Assembly: GCA_020726025.1 (NCBI GenBank)
Contig: DYTH01000002.1
Coordinates: 1 to 55,616 of the forward strand
Reading direction: 5' to 3'
Origin: Syntrophus aciditrophicus
GTDB lineage: Bacteria; Desulfobacterota; Syntrophia; Syntrophales; UBA5619
Length of the DNA: 55,616 nt
The position numbers and the translations under genes are program-made. This document shows positions 1-9,349 of this stretch, piece by piece. The notes beneath the pieces were generated by a model that did no database searches, was not told the DNA's origin, and saw only the letters and a program-made list of their open reading frames with translations. Positions within the stretch are counted from its first letter, which is position 1. Each line of letters begins with the position of its first letter.

Positions 1-82
1 TGCTCTATATCTGTAAATTCTATCTGATGCATGAAAATCATCCCTTTCTTCCGGCCATCCCTGCCCTGCGACCAATGCCGCA

Positions 83-105
83 GACCGGCGCCGGTCCCGG
101 TTTTT
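83..105 (+). terminator. Candidate intrinsic terminator for a + strand gene ending at or before the window start
   Basis: 14-nt GC palindrome GACCGGCGCCGGTC (83-96) followed by CCGGTTTTT (T5 at 101-105). There is no T-run on the opposite strand. Confidence 0.3.
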
Positions 106-965
106 CATAAGACCGTTCCGAAAAAAACAGCAGCCAGGACCAGAACGGAAATCACGCTGTTGACATTGAAAAAGGCGATGTTGATTCTGGACAGGTCGTC
201 CGGGTGAACCAGCCTGTGCTCCACGATGAAAAGCATTCCGATGACGACAACGCATGCCGGATAGAGCACATTCAACGGGAAGAGCAGATAAAGCCACCCC
301 AGCGACAGTACGCTCACCACATGCAGCATCGTGGAAATAATCATCGCCTTTTTGACTCCGAAATAGACAGGGATGGAATGGAGCCCCTTTTCGCGGTCAA
401 ACGCAACGTCCTGGCAGGCGTACAGGATGTCGAAACCGGCGATGTAGGTCATAAGCGCAAGACTCAGGACGGAAATGGCCCCGGGCATCTCGCCGGTTGC
501 CGCCACCCAGACCGCCATCGGAGAGATGCCGATGGCAAATCCAAGAAAAATGTGGGCAAGCCAGGTAAATCTCTTCGTGTAGGAATAGGCGAAAAGAAAC
601 GCCAGAACCGGAAAGGAAAGCCAGAGGCAGAGCCGGGAGAGAGCCCCTGATGCGACGACAAAAACGAGGCTGGAGACAAAGGTAAAAAAAGCGGCCTCCC
701 TCCGGGAAAGGGTTCCCCTGGGAATCTCCCGGATGGCGGTGCGCGGATTATCCGCGTCCAAAAACGCATCGGCGACGCGGTTGAAGCCCATGGCCGCCGA
801 CCGGGCGGCCGCCATCGCGACGATGATCCAGAATACCGTCATGGAATCCAGCGGCTTGACCGCGTGTACCAGAACAACCGCGGACAGGGCAAAGGGGAGG
901 GCAAAAATCGTATGGGAAAACTTGATCATCCGCAGATAGACAGCGGCTTTGGAACATATTTTCAT
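105..965 (-). CDS. UbiA-family polyprenyltransferase, likely the menaquinone (1,4-dihydroxy-6-naphthoate) prenyltransferase of the futalosine pathway
   Basis: 286-aa multi-pass hydrophobic ORF with a UbiA-type Asp-rich region (FNRVADAFLDADNPRT). It is the last gene of the mqn string. Confidence 0.8.
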   Translation of the reverse strand: MKICSKAAVYLRMIKFSHTIFALPFALSAVVLVHAVKPLDSMTVFWIIVAMAAARSAAMGFNRVADAFLDADNPRTAIREIPRGTLSRREAAFFTFVSSLVFVVASGALSRLCLWLSFPVLAFLFAYSYTKRFTWLAHIFLGFAIGISPMAVWVAATGEMPGAISVLSLALMTYIAGFDILYACQDVAFDREKGLHSIPVYFGVKKAMIISTMLHVVSVLSLGWLYLLFPLNVLYPACVVVIGMLFIVEHRLVHPDDLSRINIAFFNVNSVISVLVLAAVFFGTVL

Positions 966-1044
966 GGCCGTCGAACCCCGGCTCTCTCCAAACAGATCCC
1001 TTCACGGATGATGCACATGAAGCTCCCCTTTTCCAAAAGACCTT

Positions 1045-1683
1045 TCATCGCTTCGGGCCAGCGCCCATAGAGAGGGCCGGAAGCGCCATCTCCTGAAAAA
1101 AGCGCGCCTGACCGTCGCGGTAAAGCCTGATGTTTTCGATGATGGCGCCTCGCGCGTCGTGCCTGGGCGTATCGGAAACAAATTTGAAGATGAAGCAGCC
1201 CAAACCAAAATGACGGGCGGTCTGGACAACAGCCGCCCCCTCCATATCAACCAGATCGGCAAGACCGACAACCCCCGCTCTCTCCTCGGGGCTGCGCAGC
1301 GGTCGATCCTGGGTGGCAAGCGAGGCCATGGAAAACCCCTCCAGCACATCCGGGGTGTGCTCCATGAAGGCGCCCGTCTGGAGATCAGGACGATCCGGTT
1401 CGATGATCCGGTTGATGTGGTACAGCGCGCCCAGCGGCCTTTCTTCGTCAAGGGCCCCGGCCGCACCGATATTGCAGATCAGATCGGGATGAAAGTCCGC
1501 AATCAGATGGGCACAGGCCATAGCGGCATGAACCTTCCCCACTCCCGACAGCATCAGAACAACCCGGGAATCCCGGAATGCGCGGAAAGGCCCGTTTTGA
1601 ATCTCGCCCAGCGACAACCCGAGGATCAGCGGTTTGGCCTCGGTCATGGTGGCCATGACCAGGCCGACTACAGGAGTTTCCAC
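1045..1683 (-). CDS. mqnB: Futalosine hydrolase (PNP/MTAN-type nucleosidase)
   Basis: 212-aa ORF with nucleosidase-like segments (SGVGKVHAAMA, LVDMEGAAV). It overlaps the mqnD stop by 16 nt. The call rests partly on operon context. Confidence 0.65.
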   Translation of the reverse strand: METPVVGLVMATMTEAKPLILGLSLGEIQNGPFRAFRDSRVVLMLSGVGKVHAAMACAHLIADFHPDLICNIGAAGALDEERPLGALYHINRIIEPDRPDLQTGAFMEHTPDVLEGFSMASLATQDRPLRSPEERAGVVGLADLVDMEGAAVVQTARHFGLGCFIFKFVSDTPRHDARGAIIENIRLYRDGQARFFQEMALPALSMGAGPKR

Positions 1684-2498
1684 AGCTCCGCCCTCTCTTT
1701 AAGCGCTGCAACCGCTTCACGGCCAGCGGCGCCGAGCGATACGGAAAAATCATTCACATACAGGGCGATATGTTCTTCGATCACCCGGTCATCCATCTCC
1801 TGGGCGTGTTTCTTGATGAACGCCCTTCCCTCCTCCGGAAATCTCCTGGCGTGGAGAAGCGACGCGCGGATCAGGTTTTCCACGGCCTCCCTGTGTGACG
1901 CCATATCCGACCGGATGGCGATGCAGCCAAGAGGAATCGGAAGCCCCGCCTCCTTTTCCCACCACTCCCCCAGATCCACCAAAGAAGAACAGTTGTAGCT
2001 CTGATAGACAAATCGGCCCTCATGAATGATCAGCCCTGCGTCGAAGAGGCCGGCGGCGATGCCGGGGAGTATCTCGTCAAACCGGACAAACTCGACTGCC
2101 CCGACAGACCTCCCCCCCATCCAGAGTTGCAGGAGCAGCCAGGCGGTCGTGTACCGTCCGGGGACGGCAACGCGCGCCCTTTCGAGAGATGTGAAAGAGG
2201 GACCGGCAAGCAGGAGCGGCCCGCATCCGTAACCGAGGGCAGCCCCCGAATCGAGCAGCAGGTAACGCTCCTTGAGCTGCAAAAAGGCGTAAAACGACAG
2301 TTTCGTGACCGGCAGCGTCCCCGATAAAGCCCGGTCGTTAAGCTCTTCCACATCCGCGATAAAGGGGGAAAAACGATACGGTCCGGTGTCCATCCGGCCG
2401 TTGACAAGCGCGTCGAAAATAAACGTGTCATTCGGGCAGGAGGAAAACCCGATGCCGATCTCTGTCGCGTCTTTATGATCGCTGCGTTCCATCTTCAT
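1668..2498 (-). CDS. mqnD: 1,4-dihydroxy-6-naphthoate synthase
   Basis: 276 aa with GFSSCPNDTFIFDALVNGRMD and DVEELN...PVTKLSF, which I recognise as MqnD-type motifs. It has a 4-nt overlap with the upstream radical SAM gene. Confidence 0.85.
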   Translation of the reverse strand: MKMERSDHKDATEIGIGFSSCPNDTFIFDALVNGRMDTGPYRFSPFIADVEELNDRALSGTLPVTKLSFYAFLQLKERYLLLDSGAALGYGCGPLLLAGPSFTSLERARVAVPGRYTTAWLLLQLWMGGRSVGAVEFVRFDEILPGIAAGLFDAGLIIHEGRFVYQSYNCSSLVDLGEWWEKEAGLPIPLGCIAIRSDMASHREAVENLIRASLLHARRFPEEGRAFIKKHAQEMDDRVIEEHIALYVNDFSVSLGAAGREAVAALKERAELWKLL

Positions 2499-3562
2499 GC
2501 AAACAACCTGATCGGCTGGTAATCGGAATCCCTCTGGAAAGGGATCCGCCCGGCATCACGGATGACATCGATCATTTCATCCACACTGGTTCTGGTTTTG
2601 ACTCCGGTCGCCCCGACGACCACCTCTTCGGTGAGAACCCCGCCCATGTCGCTTGCGCCCATCGTCAGGGCAATCTGCGCCAGTTTCATCCCCTCGGTGA
2701 GCCACCCCGCCTGGATATGGCGGACGTTGTCGAGAAAGATGCGGGCAATGGCGACAATCCGGAGGTAATCCATCCCTGTTGCCGGAACAACGTCCTCCAT
2801 CCGCGTGTTGGCGGGCGAAAAAGACCACGGGATGAAGGCCCGGATCATGCCGGTGCGATCCTGAAGATCCCGTATCACTCCGAGGTGTTCAACCCTCTCG
2901 GGCAGGGTTTCTCCCATCCCGTAAGTCATCGTCGCGCTTGATTTCATTTTGTGCCGGTGCAGCGACTCCATCACATCCACCCACCCGGAAACACCAATCT
3001 TCCGGGGACTTACCAGCCTGCGCACCCGCTCGACAAGGATATCGGATGCGCCGGGAACGGAGTCAAGGCCTGCATCCTTCAGCGTCGCTACCGCCTGATC
3101 GACGGAAACACCGGAACGGCGGGCGGCATGCGCCAGCTCCGCCGGCGAGAAGGAGTGGAGCGTAACCTCCGGGAAGCGTTCCTTTACCGCCCGTGTCATC
3201 CCGGCATAGGTTTCCAGCGAGTGGCGGGGATGGAGCCCCCCCTGCAGCATCACCTGCGTTCCCCCGCTCTTGACGAGTTCTTCCACCTTTTGCAGTATCT
3301 CGCCGAGAGTCAGTTCATAGGGCTCGATCTGCCCCGCCCGGGCATGAAAGGCGCAGAAGTTGCATTCCGCCTCGCAGACATTGGTAAAATTGACAATACG
3401 GTCGATGATGAAACCGACCTTTCCGTCAGGAACGAGAAGCCGGGTGCGGAAATCGGCCGCCATCCCCAGATCGAGAATATCCCACGAAAACAGGGCAAGG
3501 GCCTCCTGCGCGTTGATCCGTTTTCCCGCGTATATCTTTTCTTTCAGCTCGTCCATGTGCAA
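2495..3562 (-). CDS. mqnC: Radical SAM enzyme of the MqnC/MqnE family, tentatively cyclic dehypoxanthinyl futalosine synthase
   Basis: 355 aa with a CEAECNFCAF Cys triad and a GGLHP motif. It is coupled to mqnD. The choice of MqnC over MqnE comes from context and an FIPWSF-type motif remembered from the family, and is uncertain. Confidence 0.6.
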   Translation of the reverse strand: MHMDELKEKIYAGKRINAQEALALFSWDILDLGMAADFRTRLLVPDGKVGFIIDRIVNFTNVCEAECNFCAFHARAGQIEPYELTLGEILQKVEELVKSGGTQVMLQGGLHPRHSLETYAGMTRAVKERFPEVTLHSFSPAELAHAARRSGVSVDQAVATLKDAGLDSVPGASDILVERVRRLVSPRKIGVSGWVDVMESLHRHKMKSSATMTYGMGETLPERVEHLGVIRDLQDRTGMIRAFIPWSFSPANTRMEDVVPATGMDYLRIVAIARIFLDNVRHIQAGWLTEGMKLAQIALTMGASDMGGVLTEEVVVGATGVKTRTSVDEMIDVIRDAGRIPFQRDSDYQPIRLFA

Positions 3563-3689
3563 ACCAGTCTATTCAAATTAAGGGACGGAAGTTATTGCTT
3601 ATCAGGAAGCCCGAATTCCCCAATCAAGCCGGGAAATGACAATTTCAGGACTTCTGCAACCAGCTCCATCGAAAGACGTTTATGGCCCT

Positions 3690-4499
3690 TTACTCCTGCA
3701 GAAAGACATCCTTGCCGGTTTTCTTGAGAAGCCCCATCCCGGCGGCGCTCTCAAGGTAAAAAAAGAAGGCCTCCCGCAAAGAGGGGGTAAAGGCGTATTT
3801 CAAGGCCCGGTAGTAGGCGTCGATATCGTAATGAACGTCGGGGTATCTTGCGGAAGCCTTCCGGATGACCGTCTCGCGGTCAGAATCGAGAAAAGCAAGC
3901 GATTTTGTGTAGGAGTCCACGACAGCATCCACCACGGAACGGTCGTTCTCAAACAGGGGCCTGCTGACGGCAAAAACGGCAAAAACCACCGGGTAGCCGG
4001 TTTTCCGCATCCACAAATCCCCCAGATCGTACGTGTAGGGGGCCATCTCCCCTTTCATCGCCTCATTGCCGATGAGGAGCGCCGCATCGAGCAGGCCGTC
4101 CTTCAGCGAGGGATTGGGCGGCGTCGGAACATAGTCGGGCTCTATCCGCAAGAAGCGGGACAGGAGGATTTTCAGAAGGATAACCGACGTCTTGGAGGCA
4201 GTGGTCAGGCCGACCCGCCTTTTGTCCAGTTCCTCAATCGGCATGCTGCTCGAAAGGATAACCGAATGGACGTAGCCCACCGAGCTGAGGCAGAAATCGG
4301 GCAGCAGCCGCACCCGGTCTTCCAGTTCCGGGTACATGGCGGCCGATATCGGGCTCATGTCCAGGCTTCCGTCCGCCATCATCCGGTTGAGTTCGCTGGG
4401 ATAGGCAGGAACGACCTCCACGCCGGAGAGCGGTTCTTCCTCAAACATCCGGTAATAAAAGGGATAGCAGTTCAGGTAATCGATATAGCCGAGTTTCAT
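3690..4499 (-). CDS. mqnA: Chorismate dehydratase
   Basis: 269 aa with N-terminus MKLGYIDYLNCYPFYY and PSELNRMMADGSLDMSPISA, typical of MqnA (periplasmic-binding-protein fold). Its start overlaps the upstream stop by 1 nt. Confidence 0.85.
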   Translation of the reverse strand: MKLGYIDYLNCYPFYYRMFEEEPLSGVEVVPAYPSELNRMMADGSLDMSPISAAMYPELEDRVRLLPDFCLSSVGYVHSVILSSSMPIEELDKRRVGLTTASKTSVILLKILLSRFLRIEPDYVPTPPNPSLKDGLLDAALLIGNEAMKGEMAPYTYDLGDLWMRKTGYPVVFAVFAVSRPLFENDRSVVDAVVDSYTKSLAFLDSDRETVIRKASARYPDVHYDIDAYYRALKYAFTPSLREAFFFYLESAAGMGLLKKTGKDVFLQE

Positions 4500-5605
4500 C
4501 AGCTTTTCCTTATCTGGTAGTTGGCCGCCGCCCGAACCGGCCGGAAACCGGAGGTCTCAATCAGGCGTCGAAGGCTCGCCTCGCTGCCGACGTCGGATGT
4601 TCTGGCGCCGGCGGAATGGACCACCTTTTCGTAATGGTAGGTCCCCCCCAGGTCATCCACTCCGAAGTGGAGCAGCATCTGCGCCATCCTGTCGCCGAGG
4701 TACATCCAGAGAGATTTCAGATGGGGAACATTGTGCAGAAAAATACGGCTGGCGGCAAAGAGCCGCACGTCGCCGAACCCGGTCGTCCGGGATCTCCGGG
4801 CCCGTATTTTTGTGTTGTCCTCATGAAAGGGAAGCGGCACAAAGGTCTTGAAGCCCCCCGTTTCGTCCTGCAGCGCCCGCACCATGGCAAGATGCTCAAC
4901 CACATCCTCCGGGGTCTCCAGATGGTTGTAAAGCAGCGTCGCGTTCGTCTTCAGCCCGAGGGCATGGGCGATCCGCATCACCTCGATCCAGCGCGTTCCC
5001 GGGATCTTCAGGGGGGCGATCTTTTTCCTTACTCTGGGGGAAAAGACCTCGGCCCCGCCGCCGGGCAGGGCGCCGAGACCGGCATCCTTGAGGCGCATAA
5101 AAACCTCTTCCACGGAGATGCCGTTGAGACGGGCAAAGTAGTCGTATTCGACGGCGGTAAAGGCGACGATGAATATCTCCGGATTGACCGCCTTGATCCG
5201 TCGCAGCATTCCCTCAAAATAGTCCATCTTCAGGTCCGGATTGAGGCCGCCGACAATGTGCACCTCGTCGATGCCGAAAGCGTTCGCCTCCCGGATTCGC
5301 TTTTCGATTTCGTCAAGCGAAAAAACGCAGGCGTCCGCGTCCTTCACACCCCGCGAAAAGGCGCACAACGGGCAGCGCAGCTCGCAGATGTTGGTGTAAT
5401 TGAGATTCATGTTCACTTCGTAATAGGCGACATCGGCGTTGATCTTCCGCCTCAGGTAGTCGGCAATAACGCCCAGCTCGAGGATATCGTCCGTGCCAAG
5501 CATATAGAGAGCCTCGGCCTCCGTCACCGGGACATCCGCCATCACCTTTTCCCCGATGGACCGGAGCACTCTGTTTTTTATCCTGCCTTCGAAATCCACG
5601 CGCAT
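4499..5605 (-). CDS. mqnE: Radical SAM enzyme of the MqnC/MqnE family, tentatively aminofutalosine synthase
   Basis: 368 aa with a CELRCPLCAF Cys triad, PGGGAEVF, and FVPLPFHEDNT. It is coupled to mqnA. The MqnE versus MqnC assignment is uncertain. Confidence 0.6.
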   Translation of the reverse strand: MRVDFEGRIKNRVLRSIGEKVMADVPVTEAEALYMLGTDDILELGVIADYLRRKINADVAYYEVNMNLNYTNICELRCPLCAFSRGVKDADACVFSLDEIEKRIREANAFGIDEVHIVGGLNPDLKMDYFEGMLRRIKAVNPEIFIVAFTAVEYDYFARLNGISVEEVFMRLKDAGLGALPGGGAEVFSPRVRKKIAPLKIPGTRWIEVMRIAHALGLKTNATLLYNHLETPEDVVEHLAMVRALQDETGGFKTFVPLPFHEDNTKIRARRSRTTGFGDVRLFAASRIFLHNVPHLKSLWMYLGDRMAQMLLHFGVDDLGGTYHYEKVVHSAGARTSDVGSEASLRRLIETSGFRPVRAAANYQIRKS

Positions 5606-5683
5606 CTCACTATTTTAGTACAAAACCCTCTATCCGGAGGTCGCGACGAAGAAGAAGCTTTCGTCAAGGGTTCCGGGAAACAA

Positions 5684-7138
5684 TCACGCGATCGCCCACA
5701 CCGTCGCATCGGCCGCGTCCTGAATAATAACACCCATCTCGCCCAGCTCTTTGCGTATCTCGTCGGCGCGCTTCCACTCCTTTGCCGAACGCGCCTCTTT
5801 CCTTTCTTCGATCAATCGTTCAATCTCCGCGACATCCAGCTTGCGCCTTTTGGCTTCCCTGATGCGATCCTCTTCGAGATAGATTTCCGGATTCTCGAAA
5901 AAAAGCCCCAGCACATGGCCCGTCTCCAGCAGAACCTCCCGCATCTGAACGGCAAAACCGGGCGACACGATCTTCTTTTTATCGGCGAGATAGGCATTTA
6001 CCGCACGGACGGCGTCAAACAGATGGCCAATCGCCCGGGCCGTGTTGAAGTCGTCATCCATCGCCTCGACAAACTGCCCCCGGAGGCCGCCTTCCTCCTC
6101 ATCGAAGAGCTGCTGGCCGGCAACCGAAAGGAAGCTGCCCTCGGGCGCGATCTCCTGGAGCGCGTTGAGCGTCGTGTAAAACCGGTTCATCCCCTGCCGC
6201 GCCTCGTTGAGGGCGGCATCGGAGAAATCGACCGGGCTGCGGTAATGGCTCTGCAAAAGGAAAAACCGCAGCGCTTCGGGATGGTATTGTTCGAGAATCT
6301 CCCGGATCGTGAAAAAGTTCCCCAGTGATTTGGACATCTTTTCACTGTTCACCCGGACAAATCCGTTGTGAATCCAGGTGCGGGCAAACGTTTTTCCGGT
6401 CGCCCCCTCCGACTGGGCGATCTCGTTTTCGTGGTGGGGAAAGATCAGGTCCTCGCCTCCCCCGTGGATGTCGAAGGTCTCGCCAAGGTAGCGCTGACTC
6501 ATCACCGAACACTCGATGTGCCAGCCAGGACGCCCCTTCCCCCAGGGGCTCTCCCACCAGGGCTCACCCTCCTTGCTCGCCTTCCAGAGGGCAAAGTCGT
6601 AGGGGTTCTTTTTCTTTTCGTTTACAACCACCCGGGCGCCCGCCGTCATCTCCTCGATATTCCGGCCGGAGAGCTTTCCGTACCCGGGAAAACTCTCGAC
6701 GGAATAATAGACGTCGCCTTCTATTTCGTAAGCCATTCCCTTGTTTATCAGCTTCGAAATCAGCGCGATCATTCCTTCGATGTTTTCTGTGGCGCGGGGG
6801 GTCCAGGTGGGTGGAGCAACGCGGAGCGTCTGCATATCCAGATCGTGCTCGGCGATGAAACGCTCCGATATCTCTCTGATATCAATGCCTTCTCTATTGG
6901 CTCTGTCGATGATCTTGTCGTCCACATCGGTGAAGTTCTTGACAAAGGTCACATCATAACCGCGGTAGCGGAGGTAGCGGGTTATCACGTCAAAAACGAC
7001 GGCCGAGCGGGCATGGCCGACATGGCAGAAATCGTAGGCGGTGATCCCGCAGACGTAAATCCCTGCCTTTCCTTCCTTAAGAGGCTTGAATTCTTCCTTC
7101 TTTCGCGACTGGGTGTTGTATATCCTGAGAGCCATCAT
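5684..7138 (-). CDS. cysS: Cysteine--tRNA ligase
   Basis: 484 aa with HIGH-type CHVGHARS and KMSKS motifs. The N-terminus MALRIYNT is typical of CysRS. Confidence 0.95.
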   Translation of the reverse strand: MMALRIYNTQSRKKEEFKPLKEGKAGIYVCGITAYDFCHVGHARSAVVFDVITRYLRYRGYDVTFVKNFTDVDDKIIDRANREGIDIREISERFIAEHDLDMQTLRVAPPTWTPRATENIEGMIALISKLINKGMAYEIEGDVYYSVESFPGYGKLSGRNIEEMTAGARVVVNEKKKNPYDFALWKASKEGEPWWESPWGKGRPGWHIECSVMSQRYLGETFDIHGGGEDLIFPHHENEIAQSEGATGKTFARTWIHNGFVRVNSEKMSKSLGNFFTIREILEQYHPEALRFFLLQSHYRSPVDFSDAALNEARQGMNRFYTTLNALQEIAPEGSFLSVAGQQLFDEEEGGLRGQFVEAMDDDFNTARAIGHLFDAVRAVNAYLADKKKIVSPGFAVQMREVLLETGHVLGLFFENPEIYLEEDRIREAKRRKLDVAEIERLIEERKEARSAKEWKRADEIRKELGEMGVIIQDAADATVWAIA

Positions 7139-7186
7139 TTCTCCTTTTTTGCAGGGGCGCCGGGCATGCTGCGTCCCTGCCTGCCT

Positions 7187-8224
7187 TTACGGGTAAAGGG
7201 CAACGCGGGGCAATCCCGCTGCTTCGGGAAGACCGTACATGATGTTCATGTTCTGGATCGCCTGTCCGGAGGCCCCCTTGATCAGGTTGTCGATGACGGA
7301 AACGACAATGAGCCGGTTTGTCCTTTTGTCAACAGTGACGCCGATATCGCAGAAATTGGATCCGGCGACGGAGGAGATATTGGGGAACTGGCCCGCGCCG
7401 CAAATTCGGACAAATGGCTCATTTTGATAGAAATCACGGTAGAGGGAAACCGCCTCGGCTGAAGAGACATCCCTCTCCAGTTTTGCATACATGGTGCTGA
7501 GGATTCCCCGTTTCAGGGGAAGCAGGTGCGGCGTAAAGGAAATGGTCATCCCCGTTTTCGCAAGGCGGCCCAGCTCCTGTTCGATTTCCGGCGTGTGCCG
7601 GTGCCCCCCGACTTTGTAGGCCTTGAATGCCCCGGAAACCTCGCAGTAAAGCGAGGAGATGAGCGGTTCCCTGCCTGCGCCGGTGGCCCCCGATTTGGAA
7701 TCGGCGATCACCGAGGATGGGTCAATCAGGCCGGAGTTGAGCGCAGGCGCCAGGCCGAGGATAACGCTGGTCGGATAACAACCGGGATTGGCAAGCAGAC
7801 GGGCGCCGCGAATTTCTTCCCGATAAAGCTCCGGAAGGCCGTAAACCGCCTCCGGAATAAGCCCCGGGGCCGTATGTTTTCGGTACCATGCTTCATAGAC
7901 CGCCAAATCCCGAATCCGGAAATCGGCGCTCAGGTCTATCACCTTCTTGCCTGCGTTCAGAAAAACGGGGGCAAGCTCCATCGACGCCCCGTGGGGCAGG
8001 GCCAGAAAGACCAGATCGCAATTTTTGACCAGTTCCTCCGGCGGATCGTTCGTATAGACAAGGTCCGTCTGCCCCATCAATACCGGATAGACCTCCGCAA
8101 CGGGTACGCCTGCAAACCTCCGGGAGGTTATCGAAACAACCCCGGCATCGGGATGGTTCAGCAAAAGCCTCGTCAACTCCATGCCGGTGTATCCGCTTCC
8201 ACCGTAGATACAAACCCTGATCAA
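7187..8224 (-). CDS. argC: N-acetyl-gamma-glutamyl-phosphate reductase
   Basis: 345 aa with GGSGYTG at the N-terminus and the active-site region ANPGCYPTS. It has a TTG start preceded by GGAGGAAGGGGAA. Confidence 0.93.
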   Translation of the reverse strand: MIRVCIYGGSGYTGMELTRLLLNHPDAGVVSITSRRFAGVPVAEVYPVLMGQTDLVYTNDPPEELVKNCDLVFLALPHGASMELAPVFLNAGKKVIDLSADFRIRDLAVYEAWYRKHTAPGLIPEAVYGLPELYREEIRGARLLANPGCYPTSVILGLAPALNSGLIDPSSVIADSKSGATGAGREPLISSLYCEVSGAFKAYKVGGHRHTPEIEQELGRLAKTGMTISFTPHLLPLKRGILSTMYAKLERDVSSAEAVSLYRDFYQNEPFVRICGAGQFPNISSVAGSNFCDIGVTVDKRTNRLIVVSVIDNLIKGASGQAIQNMNIMYGLPEAAGLPRVALYP

Positions 8225-8278
8225 TTCCCCTTCCTCCTTTTTTCCAGTAATCGACGCGCTTTGCGTCGAGCCCCGTAC

Positions 8279-8304
8279 AAAAAAAGGGAGGCGGTCAGCC
8301 TCCC
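8279..8304 (-). terminator. Rho-independent terminator after rpsI
   Basis: Minus-sense GGGAGGC-TGACC-GCCTCCC followed by TTTTTTT, 10 nt after the rpsI stop. Confidence 0.75.
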
Positions 8305-8314
8305 TGGGGGATTT

Positions 8315-8707
8315 TTATCTCTTGGAGAACTGGAAGCGTTTCCGGGCCCCCGGTTGCCCATATTTCTTTCGTTCCTTGATGCGGGAATCGCGCGTAAGGA
8401 ATCCAGCTTTTTTCAGAACATCCCGGAGCTCCGGATCGTACTCAAGCAGGGCCTTTGAAATTCCGTGTTTAACAGCGCCGGCCTGACCGGCGATCCCTCC
8501 GCCATCGACGCTGATATCAAACGACAGCATCCCTTTTTTGCCCGTTATTTCCAGAGGCTGCTGAATCAGCATCTTCAGGCTCTCCCGGGTGAAATAGTCG
8601 TCAAAGTTCCGTTTGTTCACCGTCCAGTTGCCGGTTCCCTCCTTCAGATAGACCCTGGCAATGGCGCTTTTTCTTTTCCCCGTCGCGTAAAAACTTTTCA
8701 CCGTCAT
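8315..8707 (-). CDS. rpsI: 30S ribosomal protein S9
   Basis: 130 aa, [10 protein letters not shown] ... ends KRFQFSKR. Paired with rplM. Confidence 0.97.
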   Translation of the reverse strand: MTVKSFYATGKRKSAIARVYLKEGTGNWTVNKRNFDDYFTRESLKMLIQQPLEITGKKGMLSFDISVDGGGIAGQAGAVKHGISKALLEYDPELRDVLKKAGFLTRDSRIKERKKYGQPGARKRFQFSKR

Positions 8708-8752
8708 AGACTTCTCCCCTGCCCATCTGACGGGCAGATCATAGTAGAATAA

Positions 8753-9181
8753 TTATAACTCAAGAACCCTGGGACACTGCGCCTCATGCGGATGATCGCT
8801 CCCGGCGTAGATCTTGAGCTTTTTCATCATGGCGCGCCCCAGCGTGTTCTTCGGAAGCATGCCCCTGACAGCCGCACGAATGAGTTCTTCGGGTTTTTCC
8901 TTGAGCATCTTCCCCGCTGCGGTTGCCTTGATTCCACCCGGATACCCGGAATGATGGTAATAAATCTTGTCGGTAAGCTTCTTGCCTGTAAGGGCGACGC
9001 TGCCGGCATTGACAACGATCACGAAATCACCGGTATCGGTATAGGGGGTATAAACCGGCTTATGCTTTCCCCGCAGACGATGCGCTATCTCGCTTGCCAT
9101 CCGGCCCAGAATCTTGCCGCCGGCATCCACGAGATACCAGTCCCGCTGCACTTCTCCCTGTTTTGCCTGATATGTCTTCAT
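8753..9181 (-). CDS. rplM: 50S ribosomal protein L13
   Basis: [20 protein letters not shown] matches the canonical L13 N-terminus. I prefer the ATG at 9181, with GGAG 9 nt upstream, over the ORF-track ATG at 9196. Confidence 0.95.
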   Translation of the reverse strand: MKTYQAKQGEVQRDWYLVDAGGKILGRMASEIAHRLRGKHKPVYTPYTDTGDFVIVVNAGSVALTGKKLTDKIYYHHSGYPGGIKATAAGKMLKEKPEELIRAAVRGMLPKNTLGRAMMKKLKIYAGSDHPHEAQCPRVLEL

Positions 9182-9240
9182 TACTTCTTTCTCCATCCAC
9201 GTACAAAATCGACGTTTAATGCTCCCTGTCAGAAGAGCGA

Positions 9241-9269
9241 TACCTACGCAAAATATCCCCGTTTGTCAA
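9241..9269 (-). promoter_or_regulatory. Candidate sigma70-type promoter for rplM-rpsI
   Basis: Minus-sense TTGACA (9264-9269), a 17-nt spacer, TAGGTA (9241-9246), and an A/T-rich stretch upstream. The -10 is weak. Confidence 0.3.
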
Positions 9270-9349
9270 GTAAAAACTTGTTTATTGCCGCCATCGGTCT
9301 CTTTTTTATTTACTTCAAATAAATCAAAAGCACGCCGGTCGCTTCCCGG

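Noticed and set aside
3563-3689. Possible degenerate copy of the GTCATTCC-type repeat in the mqnA-mqnC spacer (TGTCATTTCCCGGC...GGGGAATTCGGG)
   Set aside because: It has only a short, imperfect resemblance, with no terminal inverted repeats or stable nested hairpins. That is insufficient to call.
4616-6328. 570-aa + strand ORF spanning the mqnE-like gene and cysS
   Set aside because: It is antisense to two well-supported conserved genes. Its composition is Arg/Gly/Pro/His-rich and low-complexity, with no start context. This is the typical shadow ORF of GC-rich DNA.
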